Source: a virus (Duplodnaviria; Caudoviricetes). Taken from it: a stretch of DNA of 52,510 nt. Positions 9,905 to 17,789 of the stretch are shown here, one piece after another. Where the stretch lies: positions 1 to 52,510 of the IMG/VR virus record IMGVR_UViG_3300032257_000018; one strand, given 5' to 3'. Every line of letters begins with the position of its first letter. Position 1 is the first letter of the stretch. The notes under the pieces were generated by a model. It saw nothing but the letters and a program-made list of their open reading frames with translations, made no database searches and was not told the DNA's origin. A program made the position numbers and the translations under genes.

Positions 9905-9920
9905 AGTTCCACGTGGAACG
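9905..9920. promoter_or_regulatory. parS-like palindrome GTTCCACGTGGAAC
   Basis: Perfect 14-bp palindrome 9906-9919; 14/16 match to TGTTCCACGTGGAACA. Confidence 0.6.
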
Positions 9921-9923
9921 GGC

Positions 9924-9963
9924 AAAAAAATACCCGAAGTGATATTTCTATCAGTCTTCGGGT
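9924..9963 (-). terminator. Terminator of late leader 1 (tR'-like)
   Basis: ACCCGAAG-TGATA...TATCA-CTTCGGGT hairpin followed by ATTTTTTT. Confidence 0.75.
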
Positions 9964-10009
9964 TTCGTGTTCCGTTCTGGTTTTTGGGGAATTCGTCTAA
10001 TTTAGAATA

Positions 10010-10038
10010 ATCCTAGTCAAAACAGTCCCAACAGTCAA
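10010..10038 (-). promoter_or_regulatory. Late promoter 1 (pR'-like) with putative antiterminator-binding element
   Basis: TTGACT-17 nt-TAGGAT; TTGACTGTTGGGACTGTTTT recurs at 43756-43775. Confidence 0.75.
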
Positions 10039-10101
10039 ATATTAATTGCATTATTAATTATACTAATCAGCGCCATTAAATATACTTATTAGCTATATCC
10101 T

Positions 10102-10137
10102 TATAATATATTACTATTAGTAACGTACTTTCAGTAA
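10102..10137 (+). promoter_or_regulatory. Helicase promoter (-10 TATAAT) with two repressor-operator-like sites
   Basis: TATAAT 10102-10107; TTACTATTAGTAA 10111-10123; GTACTTTCAGTAA 10125-10137. Confidence 0.65.
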
Positions 10138-10152
10138 TCAAAGGGGAATATT

Positions 10153-11655
10153 ATGATACCATCAGTAAACCAACAGAACGTATATGACTTCATTACACAC
10201 GGCAAAGGTTCCGCTATTGTTGAGGCAGTTGCCGGATCTGGTAAAACATTCACTATTGTTAATGCACTGGATCTCATTGATCCTATTCTTTCCATCGCTT
10301 TTCTGGCATTCAATAAAAGCATTGCCGACGAATTAAAGAAGAAGGTCCCGAGCTATGTCCAGGCTATGACCATGAATGGTATGGGGCATCGCGCCGTAAC
10401 CAAGCGGTTTGGTCGATTTCTTAAACTTGATGGCCGTAAGATCCGTAATATTGCGCGACAATCAATGGCAGGCATCGACTTCCAGGATCATGGTGATGAA
10501 ATATGCAAGCTTGTCTCACTGGCTAAGGCGCATGGAATAGCCCCAAGCACAATGAGCCAGTACACCAGCCTAATGCCTGACAGCATGGAAACGTGGAAAA
10601 TGCTCATTGATAAGTTTGATGTTGATGTTAAATCCACGGATATTGCCTATGTGATCCCGTTTGTACGAATGGTACTGCAGGCATCCATCATGGATAGCAA
10701 TACTATTGACTTCGACGACCAGCTGTACCTTCCTGTGATTATGAATATGCCCCTTCAGCAATATGACTGGCTATTTGTTGATGAAGCTCAAGATGTTTCG
10801 GTTATTCAGAGGGCTCTAATTCGTAAGGCACTCAAGCCCAATGGTCGTTTAGTGGCCGTAGGTGACCGTAATCAAGCGATTTATGGCTTCAGAGGCGCAG
10901 ATTCATCCAGTCTTGATAACATTGCAAAGGATTTTAATGCTGTCACCCTGCCATTATCCATATCATATCGATGCCCGAAACAGGTTGTTATGTATGCCAA
11001 GGAGATCGTGCCTCAGATAGAATCAGCTGAAACCGCTCCGGATGGTGAGGTATTATCCTATCCCAGCTACAGCCATGAAGACTTTGAAAGCCAGGATATG
11101 GTTGTTTGCCGTAATACTGCCCCACTCATTAAGCTTGCATACAAACTCATATCAAGAGGTGTTCCGGTTAAGGTCCTTGGTCGTGAGATCGGTACCGGAC
11201 TGGTAAAACTAATTGATAAGCTCAGGCCAAAAGGCATTGCCGGTCTACGTGACAACTTATACAAATGGAAGTCTGGCGAAACCGAGAAGCTACTGGCCAA
11301 GGGTGAAGAAGATCGTATTCAGGGAATCGAGGATCGTTATGACACGCTAATGACATTCATTGAAGACTCAAGCGCAAAGACAGTACCAGACCTGAAGCGC
11401 ATTATATCTGATATGTTTAATTCCAAAGGCCACAAACTAACCTTATGCACCATTCATAAATCAAAGGGACTGGAAGCAAATCGTGTATTCATACTGGAAC
11501 CTGATTTAATGCCATCGAAATGGGCAAGGCAGGAATGGCAGAAGGAACAAGAGGCCAATCTTCAATATGTTGCATACACCAGAGCAAAGGAATCATTGAT
11601 CTTTATCCAGGTGGATGACTTTAACGCAGAAAATCGACAGAAGGCCATAGCATGA
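10153..11655 (+). CDS. UvrD/Rep-family (SF1A) DNA helicase
   Basis: AVAGSGKT, DEAQD, VGDRNQAIYGFRGA, SYRCP, TIHKSKGLE, YVAYTRAKE. Confidence 0.92.
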   Translation: MIPSVNQQNVYDFITHGKGSAIVEAVAGSGKTFTIVNALDLIDPILSIAFLAFNKSIADELKKKVPSYVQAMTMNGMGHRAVTKRFGRFLKLDGRKIRNIARQSMAGIDFQDHGDEICKLVSLAKAHGIAPSTMSQYTSLMPDSMETWKMLIDKFDVDVKSTDIAYVIPFVRMVLQASIMDSNTIDFDDQLYLPVIMNMPLQQYDWLFVDEAQDVSVIQRALIRKALKPNGRLVAVGDRNQAIYGFRGADSSSLDNIAKDFNAVTLPLSISYRCPKQVVMYAKEIVPQIESAETAPDGEVLSYPSYSHEDFESQDMVVCRNTAPLIKLAYKLISRGVPVKVLGREIGTGLVKLIDKLRPKGIAGLRDNLYKWKSGETEKLLAKGEEDRIQGIEDRYDTLMTFIEDSSAKTVPDLKRIISDMFNSKGHKLTLCTIHKSKGLEANRVFILEPDLMPSKWARQEWQKEQEANLQYVAYTRAKESLIFIQVDDFNAENRQKAIA

Positions 11656-11703
11656 ACGATAAATTAAGGCATTGAATCACTATAATAACTTCTTAATTAA
11701 CAT

Positions 11704-11731
11704 GCTGGGGATAGTAATTGGCTTCCCCAGC
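11704..11731. terminator. Hairpin between convergent transcripts
   Basis: GCTGGGGA...TCCCCAGC inverted repeat; no strong T tract. Confidence 0.4.
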
Positions 11732-11760
11732 TTCATGTTATTCCACGTAATGCAGTTTGA

Positions 11761-11961
11761 TCATATAAGCGGCCCAAATAGCAACCGAAAGAATTCAGAT
11801 AGGCCAGCAAGAATAACCAGGAAGAAGCCGATAAAGAAGATGCCGAATACCTCAAGGCAAAAGCTTTCATCGCTACCACTACATAACAGGGTAGATATAT
11901 AAATCAATGCTACCCCAATAATAAACGCTATTAACTCAATCGACACCAGCATGCTAAACAC
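11761..11961 (-). CDS. Small two-TM membrane protein
   Basis: Two hydrophobic stretches; immediately follows the Q-like gene. Confidence 0.5.
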   Translation of the reverse strand: MFSMLVSIELIAFIIGVALIYISTLLCSGSDESFCLEVFGIFFIGFFLVILAGLSEFFRLLFGPLI

Positions 11962-11967
11962 CCCTGT

Positions 11968-12534
11968 TTATTCAAATATGCCCTTTTCACTAAATTGCAG
12001 ATCAATTTGTTTTTCAGCCATATCCAGAATGGATTTAATGTGATTCTCGATATCAGACACCAAAGGAATCCAGTCGGCAAAAAAGCGGCTTTTACTTATC
12101 CCTGAATACTCTATTACTTTCACCCTACTCCATGGTTTACCGGTTTTATCGCTGAATGAAACTTCAGCAATCATGGCCTGGACCAATAACCTGAGCTTTT
12201 CAGTGCCATGAGAAACAGCAAACGGAAGGTATTCTTCTTTAACCCTCAATGTCCTGTACACCCAGTCAGCCATATCAATCGCATCTTCAGTTAAAATTTC
12301 GCCATATGTGTACCTGTATAGCAACCCGGCGCATTTAGGCTTAACAGAAGTAACCACAACACTGATCGTATGAGCAAGATCCAGTAGGTCACCCAGATAT
12401 ACCCCGCTTTTTGGCTTTCCTATAATTGATCCAAATATCGACTTAACCCCTGGCCTTGATAACAACTCATCAGCCCATGCAACTGCAGCCCGTGAATTTT
12501 TAAATTTCAGACTTGTATCATCTTCATCCATCAT
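11968..12534 (-). CDS. Putative late-gene antiterminator (Q-like)
   Basis: At the end of the delayed-early/nin-like operon; C-terminal HTH-like segment (WSRVKVIEYSGISKSRF) and terminal helix; pR'-type promoters present. Assignment largely positional. Confidence 0.6.
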   Translation of the reverse strand: MMDEDDTSLKFKNSRAAVAWADELLSRPGVKSIFGSIIGKPKSGVYLGDLLDLAHTISVVVTSVKPKCAGLLYRYTYGEILTEDAIDMADWVYRTLRVKEEYLPFAVSHGTEKLRLLVQAMIAEVSFSDKTGKPWSRVKVIEYSGISKSRFFADWIPLVSDIENHIKSILDMAEKQIDLQFSEKGIFE

Positions 12535-12860
12535 ACGACCTCAATGGTTACCGGGTAGAGTGCTTCCACCTGCTTTTTCTTCATAATGAAATCTTTTGTC
12601 TCCATTCCCTTTACGTCAATAAAGTGAACAGTTCCATCAGCATGAAACTCTTGAAAATCTACCCGGTAAGTAACACTACCAGGCAAGTGAAATGGTACTT
12701 GACGCAAAAAGAAAATAACTTCTCCACTTGCTTGACGTAACTTTAGTTCATTGTAATAACGCCCTTCCTTTTTTGAATCGAAGCGAATGCCGTCATATTC
12801 AACAGGAACAGATCTGTATTTATGCTTAATCGGCCACTGGCGGCGTGAATTTTTCATCAA
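12531..12860 (-). CDS. DUF1064-family PD-(D/E)XK endonuclease (possible resolvase)
   Basis: KY...DGIRFDSKKEGRYY..LK, YRVDF, IDVKGM.T..F..KKK. Confidence 0.85.
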   Translation of the reverse strand: MMKNSRRQWPIKHKYRSVPVEYDGIRFDSKKEGRYYNELKLRQASGEVIFFLRQVPFHLPGSVTYRVDFQEFHADGTVHFIDVKGMETKDFIMKKKQVEALYPVTIEVV

Positions 12861-13032
12861 ATATGAACCTCCCGCAATTATTGATATTTGTATATTTGTT
12901 TATGCTGCAAAGATTGTCTGCTTCAATATCAAGATGCATGCATGCCGCGCACCCGTATTTTTTCTTCATGACATACATTTCCCGCGTTTCAAGTATGACA
13001 AGTGGTTCTCTCAGTTCATGACTTTTGTACAT
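12826..13032 (-). CDS. Small Cys-containing hypothetical protein
   Basis: CxxC...C...C; overlaps both neighbours as is typical of nin-like operons. Confidence 0.5.
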   Translation of the reverse strand: MYKSHELREPLVILETREMYVMKKKYGCAACMHLDIEADNLCSINKYTNINNCGRFIFDEKFTPPVAD

Positions 13033-13309
13033 TTAAGACAATAACCCCTTCATCAATAGCCCTGTCCAGTGTTTCAGCAAGCCATCGATATAGCCTGTCA
13101 TCCCTATTCGGCAATCTATGGCACATTTCATGGCATGTTCGACAAACTGGGATAACTGCCCAATCCGGAGCCTTGCTACCCATGATCCCTGCAAGATGCC
13201 CCATTAAGTGATGAGCATCATCAGCAGGTGCCTCACAGATAGCGCAGGGCAATGTTTTAACCCATGCCGTATAAACCTTTGACCTCCATCGCTGTTTTTT
13301 TATAAGCAT
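13016..13309 (-). CDS. DUF968-like zinc-binding HNH-type protein
   Basis: WVKTLPCAIC...DDAHHL.G...GSKAPD...IPVCRTCH. Confidence 0.8.
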   Translation of the reverse strand: MLIKKQRWRSKVYTAWVKTLPCAICEAPADDAHHLMGHLAGIMGSKAPDWAVIPVCRTCHEMCHRLPNRDDRLYRWLAETLDRAIDEGVIVLNVQKS

Positions 13310-13839
13310 TATCCGGTGTATTCGCCTTTTGATGTCATGTAAGGAATGCGAATGAAGGTGTGAAACCTGTTTGCCGCATCTTGGTTATGATCCAGTTCAG
13401 CCCTGCTTGTTATTCCGCATGTTTCGTAGATGAAAGATTTAACTGAATCTTTATTGAATGGCATTTTATCTGCAGCAATACTTCTGTTTGCAAACATAAC
13501 AAAGTCATCCTGGCGACAGAGCATTGCGGCCAACCTGCAAAGCTGGCCACCCTTCCCCGCGTGAATATCTTCGACTTCTTTGCGCTTATCCTGATTAACT
13601 GGCAATTCATCATCCTGCACTTCAATCAGCATCATGATGTAACGCTGGCCCTGCTTGGCAGCCGTTTTCTTATTCGTGCCTTCAAAGGTATCCAGATCAG
13701 ACTTATCGGTATGGTAGAACTTTGTCCAGGTCCCGCCACCTATTGAATAACGACCATCAATAAATTGAACCTCACCGTGAAAAGCAAGATAAGGCTCAAC
13801 TTCTTGAAGTATTTCCATTACTTGATCAGCGCGAATCAT
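13309..13839 (-). CDS. Conserved phage hypothetical protein
   Basis: C-terminal CGITSRAELDHN..AA.RFH..IR.PY motif; TAATG coupling. Confidence 0.7.
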   Translation of the reverse strand: MIRADQVMEILQEVEPYLAFHGEVQFIDGRYSIGGGTWTKFYHTDKSDLDTFEGTNKKTAAKQGQRYIMMLIEVQDDELPVNQDKRKEVEDIHAGKGGQLCRLAAMLCRQDDFVMFANRSIAADKMPFNKDSVKSFIYETCGITSRAELDHNQDAANRFHTFIRIPYMTSKGEYTG

Positions 13840-13841
13840 TA

Positions 13842-14252
13842 TTATCGTCGCCTCAATAGGATTGTCTGACCTGCAAATAACTCAATATCAGGGCCGCTCA
13901 ATCTCTGATCCGGATCTGATAGCGTGACTTTCATTTCTATTACCCCATCCCCCGTATCAATCTTTTCAACTCGCTCAATGTAAGCAGGTGTTGAGCCGTC
14001 GCCGCATTCTTCTTGGTTTTTTTCTGTCTGGAACTCAATCCAGTCTGGCGAGAATACGTCTTCACCTTCAATTTCCCACTTACCAGTATTGGAATTTTCA
14101 TATTGAGCAAAAAGCGACGGAAGACCATCATCAGCAATACCAAGAAAAAGATAGTCCACGCTATAAAGCTCACGATGAACCGGCCTGTAAAACTTGCGGC
14201 CATCCTTCATTAATTCAAAAACTTCAAAAAAATCCACTTCATTAACCCCCAA
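13842..14252 (-). CDS. Hypothetical protein (N-terminus DUF2829-like); start uncertain, possibly GTG 14237
   Basis: DFFEVFELMKDGRKFYR...EDVFSPDWIE pattern. Confidence 0.55.
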   Translation of the reverse strand: MGVNEVDFFEVFELMKDGRKFYRPVHRELYSVDYLFLGIADDGLPSLFAQYENSNTGKWEIEGEDVFSPDWIEFQTEKNQEECGDGSTPAYIERVEKIDTGDGVIEMKVTLSDPDQRLSGPDIELFAGQTILLRRR

Positions 14253-14269
14253 ATTGTTATTTTTAATTA

Positions 14270-14426
14270 AAAAATTTGCTCGGCGTGAGACAGAGAAAGG
14301 AGGAAATCCGTCCGGTCTACCGAGCTACAAGCACTCATGTTCAGCCCCGCGCTGATTTATTCATGAAGTACTTGCTCCTGCATGAGTTATTAACCCGACC
14401 CATGCTGCGGTTACCTACCTACTACG
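14270..14426 (-). ncRNA. Candidate structured RNA (two large hairpins, anti-SD-like tract)
   Basis: Stem GCAAGTACTTCATG/CATGAGTGCTTGT enclosing TCAGC-GCGGG-GCTGA; stem GCTCGGT-AGAC/GTCT-GCCGAGC enclosing TTTCCTCCTTTCT. Confidence 0.45.
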
Positions 14427-14708
14427 TTATGACTTCAGCTTTCTTGTTTTAAAGAAACCTGAGTATTCCGGGTACTCCTTTTCAAATAACCTCACATATC
14501 GACTTGTGAAATTATTATTAATCTTAAATTCATCATTAGCACCACGCTCTATCTGCATATGCCATCGAATTCGCTCAAAGATGGACTTGGCACCATAATT
14601 CTTATATCCACTACGCATTACCTGCCCCGTGAATTTTTTAAAATGCTCATACACTTCAGGATGATTATCATGAAATCGCCTGAATTTGTTTTCAATGCAA
14701 TCACTCAT
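14427..14708 (-). CDS. Conserved phage hypothetical protein
   Basis: F..FH..HPEVY..F, YGAKSIFERIRW, FKINNNFTSRY.RLF; ATGA coupling. Confidence 0.75.
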   Translation of the reverse strand: MSDCIENKFRRFHDNHPEVYEHFKKFTGQVMRSGYKNYGAKSIFERIRWHMQIERGANDEFKINNNFTSRYVRLFEKEYPEYSGFFKTRKLKS

Positions 14709-15040
14709 GATCTTAATGACATCCGTATTTTGCTTATTGACTCAGTAACTTTTTCCTTACTTACAATCGGCGCAGGTAGCGACACGAATGATGGCGGCCT
14801 GTAATGAGACTTTGCCAATGCGCAAAAACGTGGCAAGGTTGGCGGCTTATCCTTTCCTTCACGGAAAAGATCTGAGAGCGTCATTCTCACTTGATCAGGC
14901 GTCATCCTGTTTAATGCATTTATCCACTTTGAATTAGGCGATTCACCAAACTCAAAAAAAAACCTCCTGCCATATATCTCGCCCATACTGGCCCAGAATT
15001 CTTTTATCGCTTCTTCAGTCCAGTGATTAATCATGGTCAA
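14705..15040 (-). CDS. Putative helicase loader (lambda P-like)
   Basis: Directly after initiator; FW..M..IYG..F...FG...W and PPTLPRF..L motifs. Confidence 0.65.
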   Translation of the reverse strand: MTMINHWTEEAIKEFWASMGEIYGRRFFFEFGESPNSKWINALNRMTPDQVRMTLSDLFREGKDKPPTLPRFCALAKSHYRPPSFVSLPAPIVSKEKVTESISKIRMSLRS

Positions 15041-15887
15041 TTACCACGGCTGATCTTGGGTTTCGTAAATTAGCAATCACATCGTCAACTGAATTGTGCT
15101 TGTTTTTGTCAGCTGGCTTCTCAACCCCTATTTCACCGACATACTGAGAAAACTTTGTTTCATTAAACAAGGTTGCTGGCCTTAGAAACTTGTACATACT
15201 TGAATCGTCTTTCCATTCATCAACCTTGGAGTCGATTACCGCAAGACATTGCTCAATGGTTGCCCCGGCCTTTAATCGTGCCTTTACAAAGTTAATGTTC
15301 GTTTTGGCTAACTGGTAATTCCTACCTGCCCTTTCATTCAAATACGAAATAACCTGTTCGCACTGTTCCTGCTCGACAATATGTTTTAAAGATTTATTTG
15401 TATCTGTGTCTGTATCTGTATGGCGTGACGTGTCGTGACATCCGTGACCGTCCGTGACATCCCGTGACATATTCACTGATTCAGGCTCATTAACTTCAGT
15501 TTCTTTTTGCCTTTCACGTTGTCGCCTTTTTCTTTCCCGGTTTTGCTCACGAACCGCACTTGCATCCACCATATTCTTGTATTTACTATGATTAACGATG
15601 TACCAGCCCCATGGTCGATGATCATCAATCAACATAATGCGACGACCATCATCACCGGGAGTCCTTGAGTATTCGTCTTTATTCTCAAGGATCTCGATGC
15701 CAGCCTTAATATGCTCGATGGGTATTCCTGTTCTTCTGGAAATGGCCGATGGAGTCATATCAATTACACCGTCGGCATCACATAGGACTATAAATTGCTG
15801 AAATGTTATTAATGCCCGCCAGTCTTCAGCTAGGGTGCCGTCATACATAGTGTCAAATATCTTGCCGTACACTATGAGAAACCCCAT
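15027..15887 (-). CDS. Replication initiator protein with conserved phage C-terminal domain; likely start GTG 15872 (MYGKIF)
   Basis: N-terminal wHTH-like region, RERKRRQRE linker, C-terminal VISYLNE.AG..Y...FLRPATLF.ETKF..Y. Confidence 0.8.
   Translation of the reverse strand: MGFLIVYGKIFDTMYDGTLAEDWRALITFQQFIVLCDADGVIDMTPSAISRRTGIPIEHIKAGIEILENKDEYSRTPGDDGRRIMLIDDHRPWGWYIVNHSKYKNMVDASAVREQNRERKRRQRERQKETEVNEPESVNMSRDVTDGHGCHDTSRHTDTDTDTNKSLKHIVEQEQCEQVISYLNERAGRNYQLAKTNINFVKARLKAGATIEQCLAVIDSKVDEWKDDSSMYKFLRPATLFNETKFSQYVGEIGVEKPADKNKHNSVDDVIANLRNPRSAVVIDHD
15398..15470. repeat. Putative origin iterons inside initiator gene
   Basis: CGTGAC at 15424, 15434, 15443, 15453, 15463; adjacent (TGTRTC)n and AT-rich tract. 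Confidence 0.6.
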
Positions 15888-16015
15888 TTATTCTGCTTGA
15901 TTAAAGATGTAAAGCGCAGATTGTCATTGTTTAACCGTACTAAATAAGCGTAATTATTCACCTTAACATTAATAATGTTATTTTGCACTTGACATTGTTT
16001 TACTTTTATTAACAT
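15872..16015 (-). CDS. 47-aa protein in the cro position, no recognisable HTH
   Basis: AAGGAG SD 9 nt before ATG 16015; stop overlaps the initiator GTG (TAGTG). Confidence 0.55.
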   Translation of the reverse strand: MLIKVKQCQVQNNIINVKVNNYAYLVRLNNDNLRFTSLIKQNKWGFS

Positions 16016-16034
16016 CAAGATAAGCTCCTTAAAA

Positions 16035-16063
16035 TTGACAGCCTCAAGAATTGAGTCTATTGT
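16035..16063 (+). promoter_or_regulatory. Candidate promoter for cI, facing the lytic promoter
   Basis: TTGACA-17 nt-TATTGT; spacer contains inverted repeat CTCAA-GAA-TTGAG. Confidence 0.6.
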
Positions 16064-16093
16064 TACTAAACATTTCATTGGCAATAATATTTA

Positions 16094-16137
16094 TTACTTT
16101 CAGTAATGATCCTAGAGTAATTTTTACTCGTCGTCAA
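16094..16137 (-). promoter_or_regulatory. Lytic promoter PR-like with operator
   Basis: TTGACG (16132-16137)-17 nt-TAGGAT (16109-16114); operator TTACTTTCAGTAA at 16094-16106. Confidence 0.75.
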
Positions 16138-16194
16138 TAAATTTTGTAAGGAAATTTAAAAGTACTTAATATTATTTTCTATATGCGATAGCAT

Positions 16195-16692
16195 TTGCTT
16201 ATGACAAACGCAAAAGGAGGGTTGAAATTGAAACTGAATATTAAGACAAGTAATGACTTGAATGCTTTCGCAGCGCGATTGAATTTTGCTTTAGATAAGC
16301 ACACAGATATTCCGCCCAAAAATCAGGGCAGGCATAGTTATGTTGCAAAAAAGTTTAATATATCCCCAGGAGCAGCCAGAAAGTGGATGGAAGGCATTTC
16401 TTACCCGGAAACAAAGACAGTTATTGAGATATGCCGATCTCTCAATGTACCGGTAGAATGGCTTTTGACCGGGAGAGGCAGCATTGATAGCGATGAATTC
16501 ACCCCACCCAATATCATTAATGAGTCAGTATTGTCTGATGTCATTAAATTAGTAATGTCACTAGCAGATATTCGTAAGTTATCAAGCAACAAGTCTGCCG
16601 ATATCATTACAGCTATCTATATACAGTCCATTGAAGACGGCTCAATTAATAAGCAGATGGCGCAAAGAATGATCAGACTCGCAACTGACTAA
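16195..16692 (+). CDS. Phage repressor (XRE HTH) lacking S24 peptidase domain; likely start TTG 16228
   Basis: FAARLNFALD...GR...VAKKFNISPGAARKWMEG.SYP...LNVPVEWLLTGRG; GGAGG before 16228; flanked by operator-bearing promoters. Confidence 0.85.
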   Translation: MLMTNAKGGLKLKLNIKTSNDLNAFAARLNFALDKHTDIPPKNQGRHSYVAKKFNISPGAARKWMEGISYPETKTVIEICRSLNVPVEWLLTGRGSIDSDEFTPPNIINESVLSDVIKLVMSLADIRKLSSNKSADIITAIYIQSIEDGSINKQMAQRMIRLATD

Positions 16693-16714
16693 AAACCTAC
16701 TTCTGTAAAAAATA

Positions 16715-16784
16715 TTACCAAAAGTACTTGACCTTTTTATTTTTTCGCTCATAATCCTTACTTGTAGTAACTAACTTTGTGTAA
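16715..16784 (+). promoter_or_regulatory. PL-like promoter with operators
   Basis: TTGACC-16 nt-CATAAT; TTACCAAAAGTAC 16715-16727, TTACTTGTAGTAA 16758-16770, degenerate TAACTTTGTGTAA 16772-16784. Confidence 0.7.
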
Positions 16785-16794
16785 GGAGAATGAC

Positions 16795-17778
16795 ATGAAT
16801 GACCTTTCTAGTAATCAATTAGATCCACAGTCTGCCGAATTCCTACAGGGAATAATCGAAGACCTTCCTAATGAAGAATACCACCATGGCCCCGGCCTAA
16901 GTAGCAGTGGAATCAAGCTAATGCTTCAGTCACCGCTTCATTATTATGACAAATACGTGAAAGAAGACCGCGAGGAAAACGACTCTACCCCAACACTGAT
17001 ACAGGGATCTGCTTATCACTCTCTTGTACTGGAGCCCGCTTCTTTCAATGATGAGTTTGCATTGCCATTAGATGCTGAAGACTACCCAGATGCATTAAGG
17101 ACCGTGGCTGACATGACTGATCGGCTGAAATTGTATGGTGTTCCAGTAAAAGGCAAGCCGAAAAAGGAACAATTAATTGAAATGGTTACTGAAGCTGATC
17201 CAAACGCCATATTTTGGGATCAGATTGTAAAAGCACATGAATCAGAGTCGAAGGGTAAGACCATGCTGACCCTGAAGCAACTTGAAACAGTCAATGAAAT
17301 GTCCAGGGCATTGAATGCTCACCCCACTATCCCGTCACTTATAGGTAATGGCAAAGTAGAGGTTTCAATGTACTGGACAGATGAAGCAACCGGCGTACTT
17401 TGCAAGATCCGCCCGGACCTTTATGTGAACGGCGTGATGATTGCTGACTTGAAATCTACTCAAGATGCCAGTCCAGAAGGTTTTCCGAAGTCTGTATATA
17501 ACTACGGATACCATATTTCCGCCGCATATTACCTTGATGGATATAAAGCTGTTACTGGCGACGACCTTTGCGGCAATTTTATATTTATCGCTCAGGAGTC
17601 TACATCACCTTATGCCGCGGCCCCTTATGTAATTAGTGATGAAGCACTGGAAGTCGGCCGCAGAGAATACCGCAGAGCATTGGAAATGTTCGCGGAATGT
17701 TCGCAGTCAGGTAACTGGCCCGGTTATTCACCAAAAATACAGCCTATCAGTTTACCTGCCTGGGCATTCAGAAAATAA
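16795..17778 (+). CDS. RecE/exonuclease VIII-like PD-(D/E)XK nuclease (DUF3799-like)
   Basis: NEEYH...LSSSGIK, GSAYHSLVLEP, EVSMYW, CKIRPD, IADLKST, YGYHISAAYY; AAGGAG SD. Confidence 0.88.
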   Translation: MNDLSSNQLDPQSAEFLQGIIEDLPNEEYHHGPGLSSSGIKLMLQSPLHYYDKYVKEDREENDSTPTLIQGSAYHSLVLEPASFNDEFALPLDAEDYPDALRTVADMTDRLKLYGVPVKGKPKKEQLIEMVTEADPNAIFWDQIVKAHESESKGKTMLTLKQLETVNEMSRALNAHPTIPSLIGNGKVEVSMYWTDEATGVLCKIRPDLYVNGVMIADLKSTQDASPEGFPKSVYNYGYHISAAYYLDGYKAVTGDDLCGNFIFIAQESTSPYAAAPYVISDEALEVGRREYRRALEMFAECSQSGNWPGYSPKIQPISLPAWAFRK

Positions 17779-17789
17779 GGAGCATTATC

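Noticed and set aside
11672-11902. Plus-strand ORF after the helicase forming a two-gene helicase defence system (Gabija/Hachiman-like)
   Set aside because: TTG start without SD, runs through a hairpin and is antisense to a plausible TM gene; no partner nuclease is present
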